This document shows, piece by piece, positions 1-13,048 of a DNA stretch of 64,000 nt. Source of the stretch: Zootoca vivipara (Eukaryota); assembly GCF_963506605.1 (NCBI RefSeq), contig NC_083283.1, positions 9,920,001-9,984,000 of the forward strand, given 5' to 3'. Position 1 is the stretch's first letter; each line of letters starts with the position of its first letter. The notes under the pieces were generated by a model. That model made no database searches and had not been told where the DNA came from. It worked only from the letters and a program-made list of their open reading frames with translations. A program made the position numbers and the translations under genes.

Positions 1-11
1 CTGGCAGTGTC

Positions 12-56
<45 letters not shown>
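12..56. repeat. (TTA)n microsatellite
   Basis: Direct TTA tandem run. Confidence 0.95.
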
Positions 57-57
<1 letters not shown>

Positions 58-1412
58 ACAACGATTAAGGATTTCCACCCCCAAAGTAATCTGAATGTCA
101 CCGCATGTATTTGCATTAGGATATCACCCACTTTCTCCAACAGCAAAAAAAATAACGAAAGCGTTGCAGGCTAATTAATTTGGAAAAATCAAAGCAAACT
201 CCATTTTCGAACACGTAATTGTCTGCATCATATTTTTGTCCAAATAAACATAAAGGATAATTGTGTCAAAACAGACCTATCTATGTTTAACAAATACTAG
301 CATTTTAGGTTTGTAGTTACTTTCCCACATGGAGTTAAAAATGATTTTCCATCTGGTAGGCAAGATCACTGTGCAAGTAAAACCTTTCATCAAACCATAG
401 AAGAAATTTCAGATTATGCGTCACCGCTTTTGGTAAAAGCAAACAGACACACCACTCGAGAAGAGCCGCCACACTCCTAATATGCAAGAGCGTTCTCCAA
501 TTTTCAAACCTTTGTCTACGCAAGTAATGTAATTTGGGTATTGACTGCTTTCTCTTCCAGTGGTTCCGGACATTAAGAGTAAGAGAGGAGGAGTGGACAA
601 CTTCTAAACTGAGCCATTTTTGCCGGCCAGATAAATAGGCAAACCAGCCACCCAAGTGGATACAGGCATTTGTCAAAAGTGCAGTAAGATTAATGTTGCA
701 TTTGGCAGTAGAGATGAAAGACAGGACAGGGTGGGTCTGCAAACGAGTATAAAGTCCTTAAGTTGTCCACCACTCATGCTCTGACACTAAAAAGCCACAT
801 TGGAAGTACCACATAAGGGCCAGGTGGTGTGAAACGTCCCGTCCAGCTACCAATGAACCAGCAATTCATGCACATTGAGAGCATAATTTATTCATGTCCA
901 ACAAGGATTTGAAGAATTGCAGAACATATCTAGGCTGGTTGAGAAACTTATTTACCAAAAATTAATTAGAGCCGTAACTTGTAAATAAATGACTTTATTG
1001 TTTATCTTCACATGTGTGAAAGACATCACTACAGCAACCATTACTTTCAAAGTTACAAAATTATTTAAAACAAGGTTTTAAAACTTGTTCTAATAAGGTG
1101 CTTAACCTCTTAACAAGGACAAAATTAAACATTAGAAAAAACCTTAAACGAATGTTACTCGTTCATCTAAGCAGTTGTTGATCAAAAGGAAAGAAAACAT
1201 GGCCCAACCCTAATACAGTTAAATAGACTACTGTACCTGCTTCATGTAACCTGAGGGTTTAGAGTTAAAACAGTTGTAAACCAGAAAGCCATTGGGGGGG
1301 GGGACCAGCAGCCTAATAAGACTGCTGGCCTGAAATTCTCCTCTGTATTACACTTGGGGGGAAACTGAGCCATAATTTAACCATAAATGTTATCACTGTA
1401 AACAGCTTAGCC

Positions 1413-1665
1413 CAGGGGTCAGCAACCTTTTTCAGCCGTGGGCCAGTCCACCGTCCCTCAGACCATGTGGTGGGCCAGACTATTTTTTTGGGGGGGGGGG
1501 GATGAACAAAATCCTATGCCCCACAAATAACCCAGAGATGCATTTTAAATAAAAGGACACATTCTACTCATGTAAAAACATGCTGATTCCCGGACCGTCT
1601 GCGGACCGGATTGAGAAGGCGATTGGGCCACATCCGGCCCACGGGCCTTAGGTTGCCTACCCCTG
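1413..1665. mobile_element. Non-autonomous hAT-type DNA transposon (MITE)
   Basis: TIRs CAGGGGTCAGCAACCT...AGGTTGCCTACCCCTG; perfect 8-bp TSD GCTTAGCC (1405-1412, 1666-1673); same family at 9509-9745. Confidence 0.9.
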
Positions 1666-2978
1666 GCTTAGCCATTGCAGAGTCATTCTGGCCCGAGGCG
1701 GATTAATGCTGGCTCCCCTCAAAATACAAATTGGGAACCAGACTCATGAAAGAATGCTCTCCCTCCTCCATTCCTTTCCCTGAATTAACCATAGTTTAGA
1801 GTCATATATGCACTGATGCAGACCGTAACTAACATGTACTGGGGTCTCCCATAACCATGGTTTGAAAAGCCACTTAAAACCATGGTCACTTGGGTTCAAA
1901 AGGAACCGTGGTTTGCATTTATTTAGATGCAACTTTAAACCATGGCTAACACTAGGGCGAATAATTGCTCTGAGGTACTCATATGTCTGGCTTCCAATCT
2001 GCATGCCATTTTTTTTGCTGGGAGCCAGTGTTACATCTGCCCAAGACCTCTAAGGTTTCATTCCTCAGTCATCATTTGTTTCAACGGAGCTATTGACTAA
2101 CTTTAAAAAGGTGTGCAAATTCAGAATTTTCCCTACCAAAAAAAGGAGGAGTGCGGGAAGCAAAAAGCTCAAGTTTGGTTTCCCGCGAGAACATTTGCTA
2201 ATAACTAAACAATTTATAAAAGAGAGTCCACATAACCAAAGTGTTTGCAAAGACACATTTCATAGGCTGTTAATTTGAAATGCTGACAACAACCTGCAGA
2301 TACGTAATTGTAAACTTCCGACAGAAACAAAACCCAGCCATGTTTAGTTTAAAATACACAATGTGTTCTATATTTTGTTGCTACAGAACAAAGTCTGCAA
2401 AACTGAGATAGTTTCAATGGTGGCTCTGCTTGGTAAGTTAAGGTTAGTGCTGCACTGTTTGTGGAAGAGTCATCAGGTTGTCAATCATTCCATAACTTAT
2501 TTTAATTTTGGGGGGGGGGCATGTCTACATTGTAGAAGGAAACTGGCTGCAATGCCCCAAACCATTTCCTAGGGGGCAGATTCATTGGGATGCCACAGAA
2601 AAGACTGCTTTTCCATTATGTGTTGCCAGGCACATTTGGTGAGAAATAGTCTGTCTAACTCTCCTCCTCCCTGTTTCTTGCATACTGTGGTCTTGGAATA
2701 TGTGGCTTTCTCTGCACAATCAAATCCAAGCTTTGTAAGGACGTGGAGGATTTGGTGTGGCGTGGTTAAGCAGTGAGCAGGAGAAGAGGGCTTAAGGGGC
2801 AGGGTTTTCACATTTTGAGTGCCTTCCAGCACCTCTGCTTTTATGACGTCTGCAACTACTTCTGATCAGCTAGTTTGGGGGGCTGCAGCCTTTATCCTTA
2901 AAAGACTTGAGAAGAAAAAGGTAAGGGTGGAACTACATGTTACAAAAAGCACAGCGCTGCCACTGGAAAATACTAACT

Positions 2979-3114
2979 CAGGCATCCCCAAACTTCGGCC
3001 CTCCAGATGTTTTGGACTACAATTCCCATAATCCCCGACCACTGGTCCTCTTAGCTAGGGATCATGGGAGTTGTAGGCCAAAACATCTGGAGGGCCGAAG
3101 TTTGGGGATGCCTG
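2979..3114. mobile_element. Palindromic hAT-type MITE
   Basis: Long inverted arms CAGGCATCCCCAAACTTCGGCCCTCCAGATGTTTTGG.../...CCAAAACATCTGGAGGGCCGAAGTTTGGGGATGCCTG; 8-bp TSD TACTAACT (2971-2978, 3115-3122). Confidence 0.9.
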
Positions 3115-3783
3115 TACTAACTCCTGTGTGGAGTCTCGCCCCACACCCGCCAACACAAACATACATACCTTCTACAATGACAATGTATATTTCACTTACT
3201 GCATGTCCTGATGTCACTTGCAATGTGCTCCCCACCCCACCCCCGCTCTTGCAGGAAAAGTGCATGACATCAGGACAAGGGCTACACAATGGCATAGCCT
3301 TTAAATGGTGGGTCATGAGTCATGCTCTAAGTGCCACCACAATATTACTTTTTGCTTGTACAACTTTTTAAAAAAACAAAAACAAAAAACAAAAGTGGAA
3401 AAGGGGGATAGGGAGACAGAAAGTGAAAGAGGAAGAAGAGCGAGAACAGTAAAATAAATTAGAGCTGTGTCCATCTTGCAGACTGGAGCTAGACGAGAGT
3501 TCTGGGTTCAAACAGTTTGAAGGCCACTAGGCTAGATGTTATGGAGGTGGAAAGAGTGACTCAATAGAAGCCTGCCATTTTTAGTGGCAGGCGTGTGTTC
3601 TTTGAAACATGCAGAACTGCCCTAAGAAGCTGCAACACATAGCAACACATTCTCAGCTCTTAAGGAAAAGAAAAAATACATTATGGCAATGCATTGACAC
3701 CGCAGTGACTCAAAAAGGGCTGTTAAGACCCAGTCAGGACTCACAATTGAACCCTTGTTTAGGGATTGGGAGAAGTTGTGGGG

Positions 3784-3816
<33 letters not shown>

Positions 3817-4483
3817 TTTCCCCTCAAACATACAAAGTGAGTTAAGAAGAGTATTGGATCCATTTTCATCTGGTTTGGGAGTCACACAGCTCCAAAGCCA
3901 GTTACAGAAGGGCTGGGGGAAATTGACTCCCGGTTCCACAGTCCAATTCCTAAACCCAGGCTCGATGGTGAAATCTGCATTGGGCATGTGAAAGCTGCAC
4001 ATACCATAATCAATGCGCTACCAGAACCAGCACAGGTTTAATGAGGGGAAAGAGGGGGGAGGAAATGTAGTTGCCTGTATAGGTTACTTCCCTCAACCCA
4101 ATTATTTAACGCAATATAGAGGTATGTTTCAGGAAAGGGGTTTCTGGGGGGGGGGGAGTGGTAGATGAAAAGCACTCTACTTAAAAGGGGGATCTTTTAA
4201 AAAAAGAAACAAGAAACAAACTACCCACAAAAATCCACATTAAAAACTATATTAAGGCTCTGATCTGAATAAATTAAAAAGGTGTATAAATTTAGGGCTC
4301 TCTTTAGCTACCTTTCGGGCAGAATTAACTAACACAGAAACACTTCCTTGATTCATTCTTGCCTGAAATGTGCTGAACGTGGTAGTTTATGGGAAGGTGA
4401 ACAGGCATCCAGGGAACAACCCACAAGCACCTGTGACGTCATCCTGTGGGTGTCTCTACCCATCCACAAGGGAAGCTGCCAGC

Positions 4484-4486
<3 letters not shown>

Positions 4487-4534
<48 letters not shown>
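4487..4534. repeat. (GT)n microsatellite
   Basis: Direct GT tandem run. Confidence 0.95.
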
Positions 4535-4535
<1 letters not shown>

Positions 4536-5941
4536 GCAGCCTATGTGGCGAAAGTGAGCAGAACACCCATTCTTGTCCGCCTTCACTTCCTGTTTGATGC
4601 ACAGGCTTCAAAACAGAACAGGAAGTCACAGGCTCCATCATGCAATGGGTCTGTAAGTGACTCTAGTATGGCTTTTTGTTTACGGGTTCTGGCCAAGCAA
4701 TGGCACACGTGTATAAACCCCGGGTGGAATCACTGACCAGAGCTCTACTTGCAGGGGGGTGGGGGTGGGGTGTTGCAGGTAAAGTGACTTTAGAGGATCG
4801 CCCTCCTCTTCCAGAATGAGTGGGCAGGCTAGCTGAGCTACATGGGCTCTGTTGACTGGGAAGCACCCAGAGCTGCAATCTGGAAAGAGAATTCTCCCTG
4901 ACAATATGCCTACTCGTGAGTTAGGAGACTAGGTTGCAACCACATATGGCATGGCAGGCTACCTGCTTATGGATAGTAATTCTTCTTCTGTTTCTGCATC
5001 CAAATTGCAGACCATGAGAATGTTCTGAAGAAATGGAATTAATAAACATGTAGGGGCTTGGAAGAATAGTTTGTCCTTCTCAGTGTGCACATGCCTATAA
5101 ACTAACATATCTAGCACATTTTCAGATACAGGCTCATTCCTGGAAGTCATTCCTATGTGTCAACTAATAGCATAAAAGCAGCACCTACGACTGTGGTTAC
5201 TTATCAAGACTTGTTAATAGTAGGCACAGCCATGCACAAAATGCGCGACCGGAGAAAACTCAACTTAGTGGAACAGGCTGGAGACAATGTGGCCATCCTC
5301 CACTTTAGATGTGGACTCAAACCAGACCCCTAAGATATTTTTAATGTCTTCTTTTTTCCTCGTATTTATTAAAAAATATACATCCTAGCAAAAAAAGGTA
5401 TGGCTCATTGAACAGTTTCATAAAACACATACAAGTTTACAACACCAATTCTTACAATAGAAAGGAAACTTCTTACAAAAGAAGTTCAGGCAGATGTAAA
5501 AAAAAAACAACCCCAAAAAACCCTGTGTCGAAAAGCACAAACTGAATTTGTGTCAAGGGTCTTCTAAGCCACTTGTGGGCACAATTCCAGCTATATTGAA
5601 ATAGTACCTGGGGACAGACATCTCTGAGCTTTCGATTCTCGGGATGTTCGCTTATGAAAATAAAGGTAGCCACGATCTGGGACATCAAGCTGTCTGATCC
5701 AAAAGTGAATACCACAGAAGTCAAGCCCAGACTTAAATTTGAACCTGCTTCCATGCTATGCATCCTTAGGACTGCAGACTTACTTTCATTAACTCCATTT
5801 ATGCAGAGGTGTAAACATAATTCTCTAGTCCCCTATTTACTTTCTGTCTGGCAGAGCAACGTTAACATCATGGACCTGATATTTCCCATGGTACATTCCA
5901 GTAGGACCCTTGCAAAAGAATCAAACTCTACAATTTCATAC

Positions 5942-6024
5942 CTGCTCCAAGACTGGAGCTGCTTCTTTGTTGCCTTCCTTTTTTTCAGCACCATCAGCGC
6001 TGACAGCTTTGGATGCCAACAACC
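5942..6024 (-). CDS. PHF20L1: PHD finger protein 20-like 1, coding exon (GLLASKAVSADGAEKKEGNKEAAPVLEQ); last recognisable exon in the window
   Basis: ttgcag|GG acceptor and CAG|gtatga donor; phase 1 in, phase 0 out; matches recalled PHF20L1 GLLASKAVG.DGAEKKE..E.AP.LEQ. Confidence 0.93.
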
Positions 6025-6449
6025 CTGCAAAAGAAAAAGGAACACAGAGATAGGGTGGTTTTGAATTCACTTGACGACAAGTATAATCTTACGGGTGGAT
6101 CTGAGTAGACTCCATCTACATGCTTTATGGAAAAGCAAAGCTGACTGGTAGTACTCACTGACTGGTAGTTTTACGCTGTCCTGACATTGGCTTTGACAGA
6201 ACCCTTGGTGCCCAAAGCCTTCTCTATATTCAGGTAAATGCATGCAGGCTTCAAAGTGAGGAGGGGGCATTCACTCAAGCCCTGCCATCAACATCCCTGC
6301 ACCTGCCAACTCTGCTTCCAAGCTTCAGAAGTTGAGAGTCAAGATATGAAGGGAAATGCCAACTACATTCAGCTGAATAAGCTTAGAAGCGGCCTGTGAT
6401 TAGGAGCCTTGTTTTCCAGGACCCCTGCTGGACGTGAGAACATCTAAGA

Positions 6450-6903
6450 ACATGGGTAGGCAAACTAAGGCCCGCAGGCCGGATCAGGCCCAATTGCCTT
6501 CTGGATCTGGCCTGAGGATGGTCCAGGAATCGCCGAGTGGATCACCAGCACACACGTACTTTCCCTCTCCCTCACATGGTGGTGGTGCCTCCTCCCTCCC
6601 TCCTCATGGCTTCTCCCTGCCCTGCCTAGAGGAGGAAGGGGGCTGGGCATTGTTGGTGCCAGCAGCAGCAGCAGCAGCAGCAGCAGCACTCGAGCAGCTG
6701 CCATTTTAACCAGCCCCTCTCCGGAGCCCTTTTGCGCGCTGCTCATCGCCCCTCCGCCACCAGCCCCTGCCGCTCGCAAGACACAGGTAAGCAGCCACCG
6801 GAGCTCATGGTGCTCTTGCATCATTTCCCCCCCCCAAAAAAATATATAGTCCGCCCCCCCCACAAGATCTGAGGGACAGCGGACCAGCCCCCTGCTGAAA
6901 AAG
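6450..6903. mobile_element. Partial hAT-type non-autonomous element with internal (GCA)n
   Basis: 5' end CATGGGTAGGCAAACTAAGGCCCGCAGGCCGGATC resembles the termini of the MITEs at 1413 and 27265; right TIR appears truncated. Confidence 0.6.
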
Positions 6904-7494
6904 TGTAAGAAGAGTGTAAGAAGTGTAGGAAGAGCCTGCTGAATCAGGCCAGTGGCACATCTAGTCCTGGACCCTGTTCTCATAGAGTACATCTTCAGTG
7001 CAACCCATGTGCACTGGGATTCTGGGGTCAGGGCTTGCACACATGCCCTCAACCCAGTTCAAGCCTGCATGCATTCTGACAAACACACGCATAAGAGTTC
7101 AAGGATCTTACTAAAATCAGACTTAGTATGTTCTCCAGCAGCAAGACCTGTGTTTGACTAAGGCTGCAAGAACCCTCCCAGGCTGGTTTCTTTCTTTTTT
7201 TAAAAAAATTGTGACCCACAGAGGAAAGTCTTCTCTTCCCTATACACCTACTGCTAGTTAAGATGTGCTTTCATTGCACTGCAGCTGCAGTATGAGTAAG
7301 CACACGTTAATTCCTGAAGGGTGCCTGCCCAAGCAAATTTGTATTTGCACATTAGATATCACTGGGCCCTTCTCAGATCACTTGTTTTATATCCCTTTGT
7401 ACAGTGATGTAACAGGTAAGCAGCATCTAATTATAACTCTTGCAACAGCAAATCACAGGTAAAACAGTTGTTTTTATTCAGTGAGACAGAGATA

Positions 7495-7738
7495 GAGTGG
7501 AACCATGGGTTTTTTAACTTAATCTGTTCCGGAAAACCATTTGGTTTCCAAAACATTTGAAAACCGAGGATCAACAGGCTGGCTGCAAAGTCAATGGCAA
7601 AAAAAGAAAAAAAAATCTCCGGAAGCCGTTCGACTTCTGAAAATCATTGAAAAACAGAAGCATTCACTTCTGGGTTGTCAGTGTTTGGGTTCCAAACTGT
7701 TCAGCTTCCAAAGCGTTCGACAACCGAGGTTCCGCTGT
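7495..7738. mobile_element. Tc1/mariner (Tigger-like) MITE, degenerate
   Basis: Ends resemble TA-CAGTGGAACC...GGTTCCGCTG-TA, as in other Tigger-like copies in the window. Confidence 0.6.
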
Positions 7739-8376
7739 AACTGAGATGAATAATGATGTATTTCTTTATTGCTCATAAAATCTGTTAATCAGCAGTTAAT
7801 CAGAGTTTCAGTGGAATTATCAGGTTTGTAATAATAATAATTTATTATTTGTACCCTGCCCATCTGACTGGGTTATCCCAGCCACTCTGGACGGCTTCCA
7901 GCATATATAAAAACATAGTGGGAGTGTAGCTTTAATGCAGACTTGCAATTTGATGCTGTCATACTTATGCATGATACAAGTAAACTTTGACCTTGATTAA
8001 AAGTATAAGGTTAATAAAAGCAGAGAGAGCAGAGCACGTTTATACGCTGCTTTCCAAAATATATTTGGATGGCCATGAATTCAGTTTCTATTATAAAACA
8101 ACATGGATTATGTGGTTTTCATCTTGAATTAGAAGACCCAGCAGGCAAGATAACATTTTGGCCTCTTTTTGATGGAGAAAAGCAAGCCAGAAGCCCAAAG
8201 CAATTAAACATGCTTTTCAGCTGAGCTTGCTTGTAAGTTTCCCTAGGTTTCTTCTAATCAACAGAAATTTCTAGTCATGAAGAACAGCACTAATTGTTTA
8301 TTTGAAATAATTTCTACCTTGTTCTTTCTCCTTAAGGAGAATTGAGCGGTGTATATTGAAAACAGTAACCAAACAT

Positions 8377-8638
8377 GAAGAAGAAGAAAAAGAAGAAGAA
8401 GAGTAGTATTTTGGATTTGATATCCCACTTTATCACTACCCGAAGAAATCTCAAAGCGGCTAACATTCTCCATTCCCTTCCTCCCCCACAACAGACACTC
8501 TGTGAGGTGGGTGGGGCTGAGAGACTTCAGAGAAGTGTGACTAGCCCAAGGTCACCTAGCAGCTGCGTGTGGAGGAGCGGAGACGCGAACCCGGTTCCCC
8601 AGATTACAAGTCTACCGCTCTTAACCACTACACCACAC
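8377..8638 (-). mobile_element. tRNA-derived CORE-type SINE (Squam3-like)
   Basis: Minus strand reads GTGTGGTGTAGTGGTTAAGAGCGG (A box)...CCGGGTTCGCGTCTCC (B box), a CORE-like GTGACCTTGGGCTAGTCAC segment and a (TTC)n tail. Confidence 0.8.
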
Positions 8639-9508
8639 CTTGGTTGGTCATTTGGTTCTGTATTTTACTATTCTATATTTTAGTGTAAACAGCTGTGATA
8701 TTTTCCTTATGAGTTGGCGGCTGGCTTATAAAAACCCTTATAATCAAACAGGAACCAGAGCAAACAACAAACTGCACAGCCATCAAAATATCTGGGTTAT
8801 TAGATATTTAGATTAGAAAGAAAAGTTTTAGCTGCCCTCCTAAGTGCAAGCTGTGAAGGGGTGACACAGAGACAAGGAGACTCCAGAGGTGGGGAGGGGG
8901 GCTGCCACAGAAAAGGTCCTCTTGTATGTTGTCACCTTATGAATGGTCAGCAAGAGGAGCCTCTGTGGAAGATCTCAATTCTCAGGCAATCATATGTAGG
9001 AAGAGGACCCTGTAAGTAACCTGATCCCAAGCCATTTAAGGATTTATAGGTCAAAATCAGAATTTCGGATTGCGCCCACAAATGAATAGGCAGTCAGTGA
9101 AGTTGGGGTAACATGAACCCTTCTATATCCCAGCCCCATAGAAAGTCTGGCTGCAACATTCTGAACCAACTCAAGTTTCTAAATGGTTTTCAAACACAGG
9201 AGCCCCACAGAGCATGTTACAATAATCCAGGTGAGAGGCAACTTTAAGGCATGGATCACCATAAGGTAAAAAAAAGGGATGTAGGTGGCAAAAAACAAAA
9301 CAAAAAACCCTATTCTTAATTATGCAAAAGTGCTCCTGGTCACAGTCAAGGCCTGAAAAGCCAGGTCTAAGGCTGGGTTCAAGAGAGTCGGAGTATTTGG
9401 AGGGAGAGCAACCCCTTCTCACTGTCATTTCTTAAAACGTGGTCCCCAGAAATTTAACAGAGAGTAAGGATTAGACAAAGGAAACGGGCATGTCGGAAGT
9501 GACTAGGC

Positions 9509-9745
9509 CAGGGGTCAGCAACCTTTTTCAGCCGTGGACCGGTCCACTGTCCCTCAGACCATGTGGTGGGCCTGCCTATTTTTTTTGGGGGGGGGTGAAT
9601 GAATGCCTATGCCCCACAAATAACCCAGAGATGCATTTTAAATAAAAGGATGTAAAAACACGCTGATTCCCGCAGAGTTCGCGGGTTGTATTGAGAAAGC
9701 AATTGGGCCGCATCCGGCCCATGGGCCTTAGGTTGCCTACCCCTG
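9509..9745. mobile_element. hAT-type MITE (same family as 1413-1665)
   Basis: Same TIRs; TSD GACTAGGC/GACAAGGC (7/8 match). Confidence 0.88.
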
Positions 9746-10198
9746 GACAAGGCACTCCAAGTAATGGAATCCCCTCCACGGTTCAACATACTTCTAATGA
9801 CAGGATGTGGAGGGCAAATATCATTTTCATATCCTGGCTGCTACTGAGGGCAGAAAGCTGGACTTGATACACTTTTCATCTGATCCAGCAAGTCGGTTCT
9901 TTTCCATCTAAAGAACAGCTAATCAACATGGCAATATGACCAATGCCACAGTCATACAAAAGAACTCCACTCTCTCCTAATACACACTTGAAGAACACCT
10001 TATATGAATGATCCAAAAGCACCAAACCAATGAACAATTCATATTTCAAAGATTTAGAAAGCTCCCTGACAATGCAAAATAAGCACAGCACAGCACATGA
10101 GCATGCACACAATGCAGCAACTTAGAGTAGAAGTATGGATATTTGTAACAAACAAGGGCAAAAGCAGCCACAATGCTAAGTCTTAAAGGAGAGCTTAC

Positions 10199-10324
10199 CA
10201 GTGATCTTGTTAAGCCGAGCCCTCTTTGCCTGAAATGAGTTGCCTAGGTTATTTTTCCTCTTGTGCGCCAATGCATTCTCTGCCTGTGCAAAGGCAATCT
10301 TTGGGACGTCCACTAGAGGGAATC
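10199..10324 (-). CDS. PHF20L1: PHF20L1 coding exon ([42 protein letters not shown])
   Basis: acacag|GA acceptor and ACTG|gtaagc donor; 126 nt, phase 1-1; [21 protein letters not shown] motif of PHF20L1. Confidence 0.95.
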
Positions 10325-10476
10325 CTGTGTTTATAAGAGATGAAATAACAGAATAAAGTCATATTTCAAAAAACGTTGCCCAGACACAAATACTTAAGAA
10401 ATATATTGTGCAGCACAGTAAGACATCAGAAGATTTATTTACTGATTTCTGAAACAATATTCAGAAGTGTATGACA

Positions 10477-10566
10477 CATAGCTGCCAAGTTTTCCCTTTT
10501 CTCGCGAGGAAGCCTATTCAGCATAAGGGAAAATCCCTTAAAAAAAGGGATAACTTGGCAGCTATG
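10477..10566. mobile_element. 90-bp hAT-type micro-MITE
   Basis: TIRs CATAGCTGCCAAGTT...AACTTGGCAGCTATG; perfect 8-bp TSD GTATGACA (10469-10476, 10567-10574). Confidence 0.88.
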
Positions 10567-10735
10567 GTATGACAGCTTTATCTGATTTTTTAAACATGGC
10601 AGTTCTTTGCTTGCAGTTGCTGTTTCATAAATCTAAGCCACCCGGGGAGGTAATAGACAGATTGCTAACACCCACCCACACAGCCTACTTTTTTTGCGGC
10701 AGGGTGGGGAAGGATGTATAAAAATTTAGTTGTAC

Positions 10736-10943
10736 CAAGTGTCTCGCTGGATGTAGGCTGTTCTTCCTTCTTCTGAACTTCCTGGACAATTGCTGAGGTT
10801 GACGTTTCTTCCTTCTTTGAAGGAACTTTAAACCACTTTCTCTCCTCTTTGTCTTTATTGCTGTTCGCGCTGGTCCGAGGTTTAACTCCTCCTTTGTTTT
10901 TGGCAGCTGCCACCGCTGCAGCTTTAACCAGAGCGATCCAGTC
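10736..10943 (-). CDS. PHF20L1: PHF20L1 coding exon ([50 protein letters not shown]...SSETL)
   Basis: Pyrimidine tract...gcgaaag|GAC acceptor and CTTG|gtaca donor; near-identical to recalled PHF20L1 [17 protein letters not shown]...[15 protein letters not shown]. Confidence 0.96.
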
Positions 10944-12949
10944 CTTTCGCAGCAGAGGAGAAAAGAGGGAGAGAACAAGGGAATGAACTAGGCCAAAATG
11001 AAATCCAACTGTGACTAAAAGGGTCTTGGGAGAAAGGGAACATTTTTCCATGTTAAATGCATTTTATAGATATGTGCATTCAACAGAGTTCTCCATTTTC
11101 CATGCAAACTGAAAGGAAAAAATACGCGTCACATATTTTGTACAGGCTGCTACATAAAATATAGCATGTACACATGCATGCAAAAAAAAGAGAGAAGCAA
11201 TTTTTTTGCGGGGGGAGTTTTGTGGCAGCAGCACTTAAAGCCGAAAACACCAGTTTAGCTTAGCAGTTTTTTCTCCCTGGCACTCCAAGATGCTAATCAT
11301 ATTTCTTAAGCATCTATAAATTTTGGCACTATACAAATCAAGACATAGAAAAGATGCTTTATACTAGGTCAGACACTATGTGTCCAGCTAGCCTAGCTAT
11401 GTCTATTTTGACTGGCAGCAGCTCTGCAGGGTCTCAGGGAGCTTTCACATCACCAGTGTGCAGAATGAACCTAGAAGCTTCTGTATCAGTGATGTGCATT
11501 TTCAAGAAACTGTAAACTGGGGGGGGGGTCCTATTTCAGGGTAATTTGTGTTGGATAATATTCAGTTTGCTTTGAAAAATTTTCTTACGTCCTAATTTAG
11601 CATGTTTTCTCACGTTTTGTAAACAAAGCTATAACTTCTGAAACTGCCAAACTTGTGTAATATTGTATTTGCAAATGGCATATGTTTATTGTTAGCAATG
11701 AATTTAGGAAGAAGAAAATGTTCAGTGGAAAAATAAATTTAGAATTTAAATTCTGCCCCCCCCCCACTGAAACATCCCTGTCCTGCAAGCAAAACAACAT
11801 CTCTTACGATTCTATCGTCTCAATTATCTCCTCAATTTGCTAAGGTTAGTGCTCAAAAAAGGGAAACATACTATGATAATTTAGCTAGGTTTTCCCTTAA
11901 AGCAAGAGTACTGCATCCCACTGCAACATCAAGGCTTTATTTCTCCCCAGGCTTTTGAGCTGTTCTTTGAAGGGAAACATCTGGAGCAGTTAGTGATAAA
12001 CTAGCATCTCCTCTGTTCCCTGACCTACTGTTTTGCAAGCACCACAGAGATCTGAGAAACTTTAAAGGTGGAATCAAGCGCTTGATAAACATAGCCAGGT
12101 GTAGCCTGTACATGGATGTACCCATAGTACATGTAATCTGAACGCTCAAACACACCTTGCATGAAGAAAGAAAAGTTTTATGGGTGGGATTATTTCACAT
12201 GGAGTTTAATCTCTGACAAACTGCCTGCATGCTATTTTTCCAACACCACATCATGAGAGAGCTTCATTTTACAACTGCCACCTTCAAAAGACCAGCTTTG
12301 CAAAGAAAGTTTCAGATGCAAAGTAAGTCTGCTTTGCTCATAATGTTAAGCCATAATTTAGTTAAATATCTGAACCTAGCTCCAGCAAATCATGAATTTC
12401 TGGCAAAAAAAACATAACATGAAGTCATGGTTTCTTGTTGGCTCAAAAAACATGGCTTGTTTTTAGTTATGGTTTGGCACTACTTAACAGTGTTGCTTAA
12501 CCAGTTTGTTTGATTACCACACCTCAATATGCTTTCCAAGCTACTTTCCCAAGCTTTGAAGAAATAAGCTGTGGCTTGCATGCTTATCTGACAGAGCACC
12601 CAAGGTTTGCTGAACAAACCACGAGGAAAACAAACCACAACCAGTGATTCCATGCCTTCCAGACACTTATTCCCCAAACTAAAACTGTGTCACATGAGAG
12701 CTATTTTACAGAATGGCAGCATATGTATTTTGGTGCCATCTGAGCAACACTGAAGGCAGAGACTACATTACCATTTATGTTTATGGTCCTAAAGTCCATT
12801 AATTAACTATCTCTGAATAAAAGCAGCCAGGCTGAATCAGACTTGACAGCCCACTTCTAATAAACTACCCTGTCTCCTATAGCTGCCTGTCATATGTCTC
12901 ACAAGCAGGGCATGAAAGTGACAGCACGTTCCTACTTTTGCCCTCCAGT

Positions 12950-13048
12950 AACCAACATGAGTCTGACCAAACTGCGGGAGGCAGTGGAAGACAGGAGTGC
13001 CTGGCATGCTCTGGTCCATGGGATCATGAAAAGTTGGACTAAACAACT
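12950..13048 (+). mobile_element. RTE/BovB LINE 3' fragment
   Basis: ACCAAACTGCGGGAGGCAGTGGAAGACAGGAGTGCCTGG...CTGGTCCATGGG (LTKLREAVEDR.AW.A.VHG) and CTAAACAAC tail. Confidence 0.85.

Noticed and set aside
6434-7052. 195-aa ORF with poly-Leu / poly-Ala
   Set aside because: Lies in a hAT-derived element containing a (GCA)n tract.
8560-8638. tRNA-like A/B boxes here and at SINE heads (about 20190, 34685, 40950, 51070)
   Set aside because: SINE heads; no complete cloverleaf or acceptor stem.
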